NCBI GenBank assembly: GCA_951406725.2
Contig: OX597823.1
Span: forward strand, 37,696,001-37,760,000
DNA from: Octopus vulgaris
Lineage: Eukaryota
DNA length: 64,000 bases
Reading direction: 5' to 3'
A model generated the notes under the pieces. The model did no database searches. It was not told the origin of the DNA and was given only the letters and a program-made list of their open reading frames with translations. This document shows, in pieces, positions 38,375 to 51,858 of this stretch (positions within the stretch are counted from its first letter, which is position 1; the number at the start of each line of letters is the position of its first letter). The position numbers and the translations under genes were made by a program.

Positions 38375-39056
38375 GTGTGGCTGTGTAGTTAAGAAGCTTG
38401 CTTTCCAACCACATAGCTTGGGTCCAGTCCCACTGTGTGATGTACTAAACAAGTGCGTTCTATTATGGCCTCAGGCCTGTTATACATACATATATAAATA
38501 TATACACAGAACAGCTTGCTCGTGAAATTAGCGTGCAAATGGCTGAGCATTCCACAGACACGTGTACCCTTAACGTAGTTCTCGGGGATAATCAGCGTGA
38601 CACAGAGAGTGACAAGGCTGACCCTTTGAAATACAAGTACAACTCATTTTTGCCAGCTGAGTGGACTGGAGCAACGTGAAATAAAGTGTCTTGCTCAAGG
38701 ACACAACGCGTCACCGGGAATCAAACTCACAACCTTACGATCATGAGCCGAATGCCCTAACCACTAAGCCACGCGCCCTCACTATACATATATAAATATA
38801 CACACACATACATATGTGTGTATTTGTGTTTACCCTTGCCTAGACATCACATGATGGTTAAAAATGAGCATCACTGTCATAGAAGCAATGCTGCTTCCAG
38901 TCTTCTAAATAAAACATGCCAGACTATGGGAAAATATTATCTTAGAAACAAATGATAGTTAGTAATAGGAAGGACAGCTGGCCATAGAAAATTTGCCTTA
39001 AGTTCCAGCTGGCCCATGAAAGCATGGAAAGTGGACATTAAATGTGGATGATGATT
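38375..39056 (+). mobile_element. RTE-tailed SINE interrupted by a family B SINE
   Basis: Head at 38375-38480; body and tail at 38820-39056 ending catgaaagcatggaaagtggacattaaatgtggatgatg. Confidence 0.7.
38505..38781 (-). mobile_element. Young family B SINE
   Basis: Head GGGCGCGTGGCTTAGTGG with CpGs retained; flanked on both sides by tatacatatataaatata. Confidence 0.9.
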
Positions 39057-39169
39057 ATGAGTTTAATTTTACTGCTCATTAATTTTTAATACTCATTTGA
39101 TTTTAACACTCACTCAGTTGTAATGCTCTTTCAATTTTATTGCTCATTCAGTTTTAATCTTTGTCCTTT

Positions 39170-39552
39170 TTCTTTTTACATGTTTTGGTCATTAGACTGC
39201 AGCCATGCTGGGGCACCACCTTAAAGAACCTTTAGTTGAATGCATCGACCCTGGGACTTTTTTTTTTAAGCCTGGAACTTATTTTATCGCTCTCTTTGCC
39301 AAATCAGTAAGTCACAGGGATGTAAACACACCAACACCAGTTGTCAAGTGGTGGTAGGGTACAAACACTGACAAGCACACATATATTTATGATGGGTTTC
39401 TTTCAGTTTCTGTCTATGAAATCCACTCACAAGGCTTTCGTCAGCTTGAGGTTATAGTAGAAGACACTAGCTCAAGGTGACATGCAGTGGGACTGTACCT
39501 GAAAGCAAGTGGTTGGGAAGCAAGCCTCTTACCACACAGCCACGCCTGTGCC
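39170..39552 (-). mobile_element. Family A SINE
   Basis: Full-length reverse complement of family A. Confidence 0.85.
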
Positions 39553-40566
39553 TAATACTCATTCAATTTAAACTGTTGTACTGCAATCACTGTTTGCTAG
39601 ATAGGATTACAAAGTTCTTTCCAATTTGAAACTCTGACACCACTCACACTATTACAATACAACTTAAATACTCCCCAACGCTAGGCTTGCTCTAACATTA
39701 GAAAAGTTTCCATAAAAGATCTTTTCAAAATTTCAAATATAATTTCACACAAATACGTTGCTGTCCCAAATCCTTCGTTGTTCAATTTGTATCTGACTGA
39801 CATGGTGTGTTATGGCTATTATTAAACTGATCACCAAGGTTATTCATATACAGCATGGCTATTGTGACCATGCTGGTTATTGTTTGGGGAGCAGACCTTG
39901 CATTCTATAAAAATTCAGATGAGTTTTTCTTTTTTTTCAAGGAGTGAAATATTTTGAGAATAATTTATAGACTTATGAATATTTCTCAATGATGAAACAA
40001 TCGAAGTAGGCCTAGTTATTTGGTTAAGAGGTTTGCTCTGTAATTGTGAGGTATTGAGTTCAATTCCATTCACTGGAATCTTAGACAAATGTTTTCTGCT
40101 CTAACTCCTGTTGACTAATGTCTTGTGAATGGAATTTGAGGTAGGCAGAAAAATTGTATGGAAACCCTGTTGTGTGTATGAATATATATATATATATTTA
40201 TCATGGTATCAACCAGATTATTGGATGTTGTTATATATCACTGGTCACAATGCACTTCTCATATAGTTTTCTAATGATGCCAGCCACAGTGAGTAGGTCA
40301 ACATTTCTCTGATCAGAAGGCCATTCCAGTACAGGGTTCTCCATTTACAGTTGAATGAACTGGAGCAACATGAAATGGAATGTTTTGCTCAAGAACATAA
40401 TGCACTACTAGGCCACATACCTTGATTTTACATAAGTATTTTGATACTAATAACCAGTTGTTAGAAGTCAGTATACAAATTCTTTAGAATAAAGCATTAG
40501 GCAAGTACAAAACATAATACTAATTAATAATTGACTAGAGAACGACAGTCACATTATCATGTTCAC

Positions 40567-40609
40567 AAGCTTACAGCTGTTTCTTCTATGAGTAGTGTAC
40601 TCAGAGCTT
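40567..40609 (-). ncRNA. Deleted hammerhead-like motif, same family as 62309-62389
   Basis: Minus strand: AAGCT-CTGA...AGAAA-CAGCTG-TA-AGCTT; stem I, stem III and GUA intact, stem II 5' arm missing. Confidence 0.4.
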
Positions 40610-40789
40610 TATTTTAAACAAATTCTTGAACCCTAAAATTGCTAGGAGACTATCTGACAAGTGTTTTGGTATGATTTTTCCTGACATGGCTTTATTCAGC
40701 CTAGTTCAACAGAAGACATGTCCAAGGTGTTGCCCAGCCAAACTGAAACACACACATGTATCTCTCTCACTCTATATATGTGTGTTACA

Positions 40790-41006
40790 TGTTCAATACC
40801 AGTGACATGTAAATGGTACCTGTGCTGGTAACACATAAAAGGCATCCAGTACACTCTGTGGAGTAGTTGGCTATAGGAAGGGCATCTAGCTATAGAAACC
40901 AAGCCAAAACAGACTGGAGCCTGGTGCAGCTCTCTGGCTTACCAGCTCCTAATCAAACCATCTTACCCATTCTAGCATGGAAAACAGACACTAAATGATG
41001 ATGATG
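40790..41006 (+). mobile_element. RTE 3' UTR fragment
   Basis: aggaagggcatctagctatagaaacc...agcatggaaaacagacactaaatgatgatgatg. Confidence 0.8.
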
Positions 41007-41579
41007 TTATACATAGCCATAAGTTGCATAGGTGTTAAATAAATCAGCAGTTCAAACTTTGTAATCAATTATAAGAAAATAATATTGAATTTCATAACCC
41101 CTATGTAACTTAAGGCCCATCCTGTGAGTATATATGTATGTACATGAGTGTACATGTGTAAAATAGTATATTGAGGCATGTCCATATGCATCAAAGAGTA
41201 AACATATTGATTTAAGAGGGAGATCAATAAAGTACTAAGGTCAATCAGATGAACTTAAATCCATGAAGACAGCCAGTCCAATGACCAGAACCAGTAACAG
41301 ATTACAGAATAATGAATTAAGCTTTTAAATTCTTCCTTTTAGAAATCATCATCATTTAATGTCCGTTGTCCATGCTGGCATGGGTTCAGTAATGGGTTGT
41401 ATAGTTCCTCATTCAAGTAGTGAAAAATGCTAAATTCTCTTTGCTATACTTGAGTAACATGAAATAAACTATCAAAGTTCATCCTATTAAAACTGATTGT
41501 ATATCAGTATATAGATTAGATAAAACATAATTACAGTGTCACAGTTGCTGGAAAAAAATTTAGTTTTCATTGCACATTA

Positions 41580-41935
41580 TATACAGTCGTGGAAGAGGGA
41601 GGCCCTGGAGGACATAGAATGAAGTATTGAAGACTGACCTCAAAATGCTGAGCCTTACAAAGTAGATGACAGAGGACCTAGCTGTGTGGTGCATTACTGC
41701 ACTCAAGAAGCCCTGTCCACCAGAACAGAATCGAGATCCTAAAACCAAGGTGCCACATAAAAGGCACCCAGTACTCTCTGTAAAGTGGTTGGTGTTAGGA
41801 AGGGCATCCAGCCATAGAAACCAAGCTAAAACACACTATGGAACCTGGTATGGGCCCCTGGCCCTTGCCAGTTACTGTCAAGCTATTCAACCCATGCCTG
41901 CAGGGAAAACAGACATTAAATGATGGTGATGATCT
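41580..41935 (+). mobile_element. RTE 3' end fragment
   Basis: RGRGRPWRT coding remnant followed by the family UTR and tail. Confidence 0.75.
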
Positions 41936-43554
41936 CTCTCTCTCTACCTCTACATGTAAATAAAATAATTTTTTGCATATTGAAATTAATACTATATGAG
42001 GAAGATCATGAAATGGCTGTATGGGAAAATAAACATATTTTCTCCTATCACATCTCCTATCCTAACTAGTGCATTGGTGAAGGATGTAAGAATCAAAAAG
42101 AAAATTGGAAAAACTGGTGTTCTTCAAAATTCTCAGTTGATATCTAGTCTGCACCAATTTACAGACTCTCCCTTGTTATTTTCACTGTTGGAAATAGTGA
42201 ACCAATGATTAGCCCAAACTGTCATTTATAAAATATAAAGACAATATAAATAGATGATGGTTGTTGAAAACTTTGTATAAGAAACTGAAGATGACGACAG
42301 GGATAAAATATATTGGTTGTCCCTAAAAATACATTTTTTATTATTTATCCTTAAAATACAAGATGGCATGGTGTGATTTGAGGGACATTTCATTATTTCT
42401 AGCAGGTTAAGCAACCATGTAGAGGCTTGAATTTGTTTAAGAAAATGTCCAATATGATATAGCAGGACAAGTGATAATTCTTCATATCTGGCAATAAGCA
42501 GTTGAGAAAAAAGAACAACCCATAACCTAGCAGTTTGGCATAAGGGACAGATATAAGTACTAGGTTTAAAACAAAAAACAAAACAGAAAGAATAAGTACT
42601 GGGGTCAGTCATTAGGTTGTGGCCTGAGCATGGCTACAATCTAATGACTGAAAAAATAATCATCATCTGGTAATGTCCATTTTCCATGCTGACACGGGTT
42701 GGATGATTTGACTAGAACTGGCAAGCGAGCTGCACCAGGCTCCATTGTCTGAATTTGCTTGGTTTCTATGCTTGGATGTCCTTCCTAACACCAACCATTT
42801 TACAGTGTTTGCTGGGTGCTTTTAATGTGGCACTGGAATAGAGATCTTGCAGGCCAATCCTCTTCATCAGAGGGCATGGCATTAACACCACTGCTGTGGA
42901 GAACAGGTCTTCTTGAGGACAGCAAGACACCAGATATTTCAGTCCTATAAAAGATATTTATGTCTACTACATAGGTTTACATATATTATAGCCAACCTTG
43001 ACACTAGGTGCACTGGGTTACTTTCTGACAGGATTTGGATATAAAATAAAATGTTAAACACAAATGGCATGCAAATTGATGGCTTCAGTTCTCTAGAGCT
43101 TCTACAGTTGACAGGTATATAAATGAATTGGCTACTTGTTTCTCTGTAATTGGTCAAGTGATGTAGACATTGCTGGTGACACCAATAAGGGTCAAAAATT
43201 GATTCAAGTTGTTTGTCTTTTATTAAATCTACAGAGAAATAGGTAAATGTTTGTATGTCTACTATGTAGGTTTATGTATATGGATGAAACAACTTTATAT
43301 TCTTCCAGCCAGTTCTCTGGCCTCCCCAATGCACACATATTTTGTTTTGCTCTGGTATTTTAACCTTTCATGTTTTGTACTACTTTTTTGGACAATTGTT
43401 TATACCTATAATTTCTCTTATTGTTATCTCTCCCCTTCATCTTCCTTCCAATCAGTGGTTGATGCCTGATGCATGTCTCAATAGTATAAGGGCTAACTGC
43501 TTCAATAAACCATATTTCAACCTGTCATCTGATAAGATGGTTGATTATCAATTG

Positions 43555-43925
43555 TCTTAAGATCCACATTTCCATTCTGGTATGGGGTGGATGGAGTTTA
43601 TTGAAGTGGATTTTCCATGGCTGGAAGCCTTTCCTATTGCCAAACCCCTCCAAGCAGGGTAATATTTCTCTATGGCCAGACATGTTCTCAAAAAATATTA
43701 GAAATGAATGACACAGCTTGTATGACAGTGACACTCATTTACAACTATCATGTGATGCCAAGGTAAGAAGGCACAAACACACCACACACACATATATACC
43801 TCAGGCTTCTTTCAGTTTTCATCTGCCAAATCCACTCACAAGGCAGCACAGGGCTATAACAGCAGTCACTTGGTCAAGGTTACATGCAGTGGAATTGAGC
43901 ACAAAACCATGTGGGTGAGAAGCAA
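43555..43925 (-). mobile_element. RTE-tailed SINE
   Basis: Reverse complement of the 27463-27805 type. Confidence 0.7.
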
Positions 43926-44800
43926 ACTCAACTTTGTTTGCATGCTGATATAATATATACTATCAACTACTGAAACAATCATAATGAAATAATTGAAATA
44001 CCAGCAATCTGCTTTCTAATTATTATTTTAAAACTATATGTGACTCTTCCTACTATGTAATAGTCCTCACCTGTACAAATGCTCCACTTCAGAGTATCAT
44101 AACACTGTGGGAGTTTAATGTAGCCTGAATTCTGAACTCAAACCTTGTATGGTAATTTGTTGTACAACTGCTTCAACACACACACATGTATGTGTGTGTA
44201 AAATTTTCTAAAATAAGTCTGCAATTATACTTTGTGGTACCTTATAAAATGGTGTCTGTACACATTTGTTGCCAAATATACAGGAACAGGTGATTAATTT
44301 TAGACATTAGTAATCAAAGTTGGAGTATTTAGTTCTGACCATGCTGAAGCGGAACAAAACCTAATCCAATAAACATTCAGATATTTAGGTTGTCAGAATT
44401 GCAAGTTTCCTGTATTCTAAATCTCATTTAATGAGAGGCAGAGTTAGCTTTAGGACAAAAAACTTTTGTTTTTCCTTTCCAGCTTTGTTACTGCCTTACA
44501 AAAATTCAATGTTAATTATAGTCTTTTAAATTTTAGGGCAATACATGGCTACTTTGGCCCTCTGTATATAGTCTAAACCATATAAGATTTTTGAGGGTCC
44601 ATGCAACACAGTAGTAAATTGGGAATCCGCAATAGTATTTTAAAGGCCCCTGAAAAAATTTTGCTTTAAATGTATATATCGCAAGAAACAACTAGGTTTC
44701 TTTCTCTAATGTTTTGCATAGTTCACCCTACACAAGTAAATATGTAATAAACAAAATAGGAATTTTGAAAGAAGTTTCTCTCAAACTAGTTTATAAACAT

Positions 44801-47800
44801 CCAATCTAATTCTCCCTCTCTTTCACTCTCATTTATTATTGTTATTCATTCATTTATCTAATTTTGTCACAGTTTGACTGTTAGTTTATAGCTCTTGTTA
44901 AGAATGCAAATGTCCAATCTTTCACATCGGCAGCCAGTGTTTGCTACTTCACGGTGTGCCCGTGCAATCCACCCCACCACCTATACTGGAAGTCTTTATC
45001 CTCTGACCTCTGTCAGACATCTTTCCTGTGAACACCTCCAAAGGCTTAATGCTCCCCCATCCCTACTTAGTGTTTATCTCCTATGGAATGTAGTGATTAT
45101 GTAGCGCATAAAATGATGGTGCAGGGTATACAGGTTGAAGGCTATTGTATGTTTGAGTTCTGCCAAATGTGAGCTTTCTTTTCAGATACATGATGCTGTT
45201 GTCCCCTATCCCAGGGTCTGATGGGCCCACACCTTCAGAGTTGGCACATTGAAAGGTAGGTCTCATGAGATTGTTGAGATGTTTGAACAGAGATTTGTGT
45301 TACATCCAAGAAGTAAGGTGGAGAGGAAGTTCTGCTAGGTTCTTCACAGGCAAAGAAAATAGGTTTAAGATTTTCTGAGTAGGGAACATTGATGGGGTTG
45401 GGGGCGTGGGTATACTTCTTGTGGAGAAATGGGTTGATTAGGTAATCGAGGTAGTTAGAGTCTGTAATAGAATGCTTAAGCTTAGATGAGGGCTGCAACA
45501 TGGATTAGCAACCATTATCTTGGCTTATGCTCCTCAGCCAGGGTTACCTGATAAAAAGAAAGACCAAATTTATGACACCCTCTTGCAGACTACCTCATCA
45601 ACGAAGGACAGGAACCTTCTCTTTGTGGCTGGCAACTTCAATGGGCAAGTTGGACAACATGCAGGGAGCTTCCATGGTGGCTATGGATTTGGTTTCCGCA
45701 ATGAGGAGGGAACCAGGCTGCTGGAGTTCTGTGATGCAAATGATCTTATGGTCTGTAATACCAACTTCAGGAAGCCTGCCAACACCTGTTCACCTTTCAG
45801 TCTGGTGGACACACTTGTCACATTAACTATATTCTTGCCAGGAAACAAAAGATGGCTGCTTATGAATGCCAAAACCTTCCTAGGTTAAGAATGCACTCCA
45901 CAACATAGGTTAGTAGTTAGTGACTTTGGGATCAGGGCTAAATGGATGCCCAGAAGATAACCAGCATGAAAAAAAAGGGTCTGGAAGTTTAAGTGAATGG
46001 ACAGAAATTTAGAGATGTATTACTCAAAGCTTTACTCAAAAAAGAGGATATAGTAACATATAATGTGGAAGACAACTGGAGGTTCCTACAGGACAACCTG
46101 TTGAGGGCTACCGACCAGATCTGTAGATGGTGCAAAGTTCCTTCTCGACCTAAGGTAACATGGTGGTGGAACAATGTAGTTGACAAGGCCTTTGGAGAAA
46201 AGAAACAGGCATGGAAGGACTGGAAGAATGGTGGTAGCAGGGAACTATATCAGATCACCAGAAGGGAAGCTAGGAGACAGGTTTACTTAGCCAGTGAGGA
46301 AGCAGATCATCATCATCATCATTTAACGTCTGCTTTCCATGCTGGCATGGGTTGGATGGTTCAACTGGGGTCTGGGAAGCCAGAAGGCTGCACCAGGCCC
46401 AGTCTGATCTGGCAGTGTTTCTACAGCTGGATGCCCTTCCTAATGCCAACCACTCCGTGAGTGTAGTGGGTGCTTTTTATGTGCCACCGGCACAGATGCC
46501 AGACGAGGCTGGCAAACGGCCACGATCGGATGGTGCTTTTTACGTGCCACCGGCACAGGGACCAGACGAAGCTAGCAACATTCACAGTCGGATGGTGCTT
46601 TTTACGTGCCACCGGCACAAAATAAAAGTCCTGTGTTGTGAGGACCAAAGTCATGAAGTGTTTTGTGTTGCGAGACAGTGTGTGAGATAGAATTGCGATG
46701 TCATAGGAAAGAAATATGAAAACATGGATGATGGCTCACTTGAATTTAATGAGGCTACAAAGAGAGAGACTTGGAGACACCACTATGAAAGGTTGCTAAA
46801 TGAAGAGAATGAATGGGAGAAAAAGAATCTACCAAATGTTGACCCAACAGAGGGACCAGTTGAATTGACAGTACCTTGGTAGATAAAGCAATTAAGGGTA
46901 TGAAGACAGGGAAAGCCTCCAGCCCATCAGGAATCACCACAGAGATGCTCAAAATATCTGGCAGTGTAGGCTATAGTCTAGTCACCTGAATAGTCAAACA
47001 GGTGATACATGAAGGAGTCATACCCAATGACTGGTGTAGCAGCACCATACTCAACTGCTACAAAGGTAAAGGTGATGCATTAGATACGAATAATTACAGA
47101 AGTATCAAATTGTTAGATCAGATGATGAAATTCACGGAGTGGGTCATAGCCCAACTAATTAGGGAGAGAATTAGTTTAGACGAAATGCAGTTTGGGTTTG
47201 TGCCATGGAGAAGCACCATTGATGCTATATTTCTGGTAAGACAGCTGCAAAAGAAATACCTAGCCAAAGATAAACCTCTGTACTTGGCTTTTGTTGACAT
47301 GGAGAAAGCCTTTGACAGGGTCCCGATCCCTTATCTGGTGGTCAATGCAGAAACTAGGGAGAGCTGAGTGGTTAGTGAGGGCTGTACAAGCCATGTACAG
47401 GGATGCTGTCTATAAGGTGAAGGTTGGCAATGAGTATAGTGAAGAACACCGGGTAATGGTAGGGGTTCACCAAGGATCAATCCTCAGCCCCCTCTTATTC
47501 ATCATAGTGCTCCAGGTAATAACAGAGGAATTCAAGACAGGATGCACCTAGGAGCTCCTCAATGCTGATGACCTTGCTCTAATAGCTGAGTCACTATCAG
47601 AACTAGAGAAGTTTCAGATGTGGAAGTAAGGTCTAAAATCAAAGGGCCTTAGAGTCAATTTAGTAAAAACCAAAGTCTTAATAAGTAGGAAGACAGACAA
47701 ATCAAAAATCCCTTCAGGTAGATGGCCCTGCTTGACCTGTAGAAAAGGTGTAGGTAGAAACTCCATAAGATGTACCCAGTGTAAGCTATGGACACATAAG

Positions 47801-49048
47801 AGGTGCAGCAATATCAAAGGAAAGCTAACTTGGACAATAGTTTTTGTGTGTGGCAGATGCACTGAAACACTGAAAATGTGCAGAAAACAGCTTCTGTTAC
47901 ATGCCAGAGGGAAAAACTAGAAGTAGCTGATAGCTTCCGTTACCTAGATGAGTAAGTCTGTAGCAGGGGTGATTCCTCTGAGAATGTGGCTGCTAGAATA
48001 GGAATAGCCTGGGCAAAGTTCAGAGTGCTCCTACCTCTGCTGGTGACAAAGGGCTTCCCGCTCAGAGTATAAGGTAGACGACTATGATACATGTGTGCAA
48101 ATAGCCATGCTACACAGCAGTGAAACATGGGCTGTGACTGCTGAGGACTTGCAAGAAATGAAGCTACTATGCTCTGCTGGATGTGTAATGTCAGTGTGCA
48201 TACACAGAGTGTAAGTGTCCTGAGAGAAAAGTTGGACATAAGAAACATCAGATGTGGTGTGCAAGTGAGACGACAGCACTGGTATGGTCACATTATGTAT
48301 GGATGAGGACAGCTGTTTGAAAAAGTGTCACACCCTAATAGTGGAGGGAAGCTGTGGAAGAGGTAGGCCCAGGAAGACCTGGGATGAGGTGATGAAGCAC
48401 GACCTTCAAATGTAGGGCCTCACGGAGGCAATGACAAGTGATCAAGACCTTTGGAGATATGCTGTACTTGAGAAGACCTGGCCCTTCAATCATTGGGCAA
48501 TATGCTGTACCTGAGAAGACCTGTTGAGTCAAGTGAAATCACTGTCGTGGCCAATGCCAGTACCACCTGACTGGCGACACACAAAAAGAACCATTCAAGC
48601 ATGGTTAATGCCAGTCCCACAGGATTGGCTACCGTGCCAGTGGTACATAGAAAGCACCATACAAAGGTGGTCGATGCCAGTACCACCTGACTGGTCCCAT
48701 GCTGGCAGCACATAGAAAACATTTGTGCATGGTCATTGCAAGTGGCACATAAAAAGCACCATTTGAGCGTGGTCGTTACCAGTGTTGTCTGACAGGCTCC
48801 CTTGCTGGTGGCACATAAACAGCACCTTTCAAGTGTGATCCAAGCCAGTGCTGCCTGACAGGCCCCTGTGCCAGTGGAATGTAAAAAGCACCCACAACAC
48901 TCTTGGGGTGGTTGGCTTTAGGAAGGGCATCCAGCTGTAGAAACCTTGCCAGATCAGATTGGAGCCTGGTGTTCAGCCCCCTGGCTTGCCAGTCCTCAGT
49001 GAAACCGTCCAACCTATGCCAGCATAGAAAGTGGACGTTAAATGATGA
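44801..49048 (+). mobile_element. Near full-length degenerate RTE LINE (5' UTR, AP endonuclease, RT, PHD-like finger, 3' UTR)
   Basis: IQEVRWRG, AYAPQPG, AGNFNG, NEEGTRLLEFC, YKGKGD, QFGFVP, AFVDMEKAFD, HQGSILSP and ADDL with many stops and frameshifts; ends aatgatgatg. Confidence 0.95.
46306..46618 (-). mobile_element. Younger RTE 3' UTR fragment inserted antisense in the RTE ORF
   Basis: (CAT)n tail at 46306-46322 and three GGTGCTTTTTA.GTGCCACC modules interrupt the host frame after EEAD. Confidence 0.9.
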
Positions 49049-49799
49049 TGAATGGCTATGGGAGTCCACCAGAATAAAATAGCAATCAAAGGGGTCCAAA
49101 GACAAAAAATGTTTGAGAACCCCTGGTCTAAACTTAGCTTTAAGTTTCCAAAGAATTCTTTTTCGAGATAATCAATGTGTTCAATATTATTGATAAAATT
49201 GAAAATGTTGCTTGTTCTATGAAACATTCTTGTACAAAACTTTATATCATCAACAAAAACAGCAGTTTTATCACAAATGTCCTCATAAGGCTGCTCTTGA
49301 GTCAATAGTAGATGGTGCAGGGTTCAATAACAATACATCATACCTGTTGTGACTTTTAAACATTCCAAACTGCAAAACAAATCACGATTTAAAATTTTTT
49401 ATGTTGTCCAGATAAATTCTCAGAACTTCATCTTAAGGTAAAGATAAATGCAATATAAACCTTCAAGTGGAAATTTTCTAAAAGCAAAACAATGAAAAAT
49501 TTCTTATTGTTTAATGTGCATTTATCTATATTAACATTGTATTTAGTTAGTAAATTTTATTGCTGTATGACCTTTCAAACATGAAACACCTAAGTGTAAA
49601 GTAGAAGTGGTACCTTTCATCAGTTTGACTCAACTAAGATAAACAGTTACATACCTTTCTCAGCAATGACTTTAGTCTAAATACCTATATATATCAATGA
49701 TTCGTTCTACATTACTTTTTCTTCAAGGCCATTGAAATCTTAGTTGGTTCTGACTGTTATTTCTTATCCTTATACATAATTTGAAGACAGGTATAATTT

Positions 49800-50880
49800 G
49801 CCAGGTGTGAAGTAGAAAAAAAGAAGTCTGCCAATTTCCTGTGGCATGAGGTGTTTTGGATTGCAAGACGGTGTGTCAGAGAAAACCATGATGTTGTAGG
49901 AGAGAAGTGCATTTGCAAAGGTGGCTTGGAAGTGTACTATGAAATGTTGCTAATTGTAGAGAATGCATGGGAGAAGGGGAGCCTGCCTAATGTGGACCCA
50001 ACAGAGGGACCAGTTATCTGAATTGACAGTGGCACATAAAAAGCACCCACTACACTCTCGGAGTGGCTGGCATCAGGAAGGGCATCCAGCTGTAGAAACT
50101 TTGCCAAATCAGAGTGGAGCCTGGTGCAAACTCTTGTATAAGTTCTGTGGGTTAGGGGAAATCTTTAATGAACACCCCTTGTACAGAGATGCTGTCAGGA
50201 AGGTGAATGTCAGCAATGAGTATTGCAACAAATTTATTGTACAGGTAGGAGTTCACCAAAGATCAGTTCTTAGCCCTTTCTTGTTTATCATATTCCTCTA
50301 GGCCATAACAGAGGAACTTTAGGATTGACTGTCCTTGGGAGCTCCTCTATGCTAATAATCTTGTTCTAATTGATAAATCACTACCTGAACTAGAGAAGAA
50401 ATTTCAGGTATTGAAGCAAGGTCTGAAATCTTAGTAAGTCAGAAAACAGATAAATCACAAATCTTGTGTAGAAAAAGTGTTGGTGTACCTAGTGTAAGCT
50501 ATGGACACATAAGAGGTGCAGCAGTATCACAAGAAGGTTAATAGAGAAAGTAGTCTTTGTGTGTGGTAAATGCACAGGTACATTAAATATCAGGGATGTA
50601 CAAAAAATAGACTTTTTCAAAAGTTCGGGGGTGAATCCTTATAAGTAGAAGATAGTTTCTGTTACTTAGGTGACCAAGTTAGCAGTGGAGAATGTAGTTT
50701 TGAAAGCATGGTTGCAAGAAAAAGAACAAGCTGGGTAAAGTTCAGAGAGCTGCTATTTTTGTTAGTATTGTTTCCCTCAGAATGAAAGACATTGTATGAT
50801 GCCTGTGTATGAAGAGCTATGCCACATGGCAGTGAGACACGGGCTGTGACTACTGAGAACAAACAAGGGCTTGAATCATA
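49800..50880 (+). mobile_element. Rearranged, deleted RTE copy
   Basis: QVGVHQRSVLSPFLF, KLWTHKRCS and YLGDQVS remnants with a 3' UTR piece at 50030-50130. Confidence 0.85.
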
Positions 50881-51476
50881 CAGCCATACCTAAAGTATAT
50901 ATACATGTGTGTGTGTGTGTATGACTCTAAAAGATGCTGTTGATTCATCAGCAATATACTAATCCTAATTTTACTGGCATTAAAGACACAAAAGACAAGA
51001 GGCAATCAAAGGAAATTCAAACTACAATTTGTGAAGCAATCCCGTAAATAATGTAAAGTGTCTTAGCTCTCTTTCACTAGTATTGTCTTAAATAATTTCT
51101 TATAAAGTCACAGATTGTTAAAATTCTAAGGAAAGGGAAATAGTGAATTGGTGATTCTGATGCCTTTCCTGTCGGCCTAATCAAAAGTAGTGTTGAACTT
51201 ACCATGTGTCATGATATGGGTAACAACTATGATGATGATGGTGATGATAGGTCTGGAGTCCAAAACTTGTAGAGGAATAAAAATATCAGCTGTGGAAATA
51301 GTTCATTTCCCAAATACTATGACAGCAAGACAATGAAAGAAGTTACAAAGATGTTTCTTCTACAAGATAAACAAAAATTATTAATGAGCCAATGGTGCTT
51401 TTATCTCTTTCTCTCAGCTTCTCTAAAAACCACTGAGTATCATGGAAACAATGCCAGTAAAAAAATTTCTTGCTCA

Positions 51477-51858
51477 AGCATAGGAGTGGCTGTGTGGTAA
51501 GTAGCTTGCTTACAAACCACATGGTTCCGGGTTCAGTCCCACTGCCTGACACCTTGGGCAAGTGTCTTCTATTGTAGCCTTGGGCCAACCAAAATCTTGT
51601 TGGATTTGGTAGATGGAAACTGAAAGAAGCCCGTCATATATATATGTGTGTATGTGTGTGTATATGTTTGTTCCCATAACATCGCTTGTCAACTGATGCT
51701 GGTTTGTTTACATCCCCATAACTTAGTGGTTTGGCAAAAGAGACCGATAGAATAAGTACTAGGCTTACAAAGAATAAGTCCTGGGATCGATTTGCTCAAC
51801 TAAATGTGGTGCATGGCCATAGTCAAATGACTGAAACAAGTTAAAGAGTAAAGAGAGA
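51477..51858 (+). mobile_element. Family A SINE, full length
   Basis: High similarity to 9815-10236. Confidence 0.9.

Larger units (their letters stand above)
44579..49125. mobile_element. hAT MITE split by an RTE insertion
   Basis: Perfect 8-bp TSD GTCTAAAC at 44571-44578 and 49126-49133; halves 44579-44800 and 49049-49125 rejoin to match the 8126-8421 copy. Confidence 0.85.

Noticed and set aside
38715-38781. tRNA-like sequence with A and B boxes
   Set aside because: SINE head continuing into a repeat body; no complete cloverleaf.
49130-49370. VFVDDIKF resembling an RT FADD motif
   Set aside because: Probably an old LINE scrap, but too short and decayed to classify.
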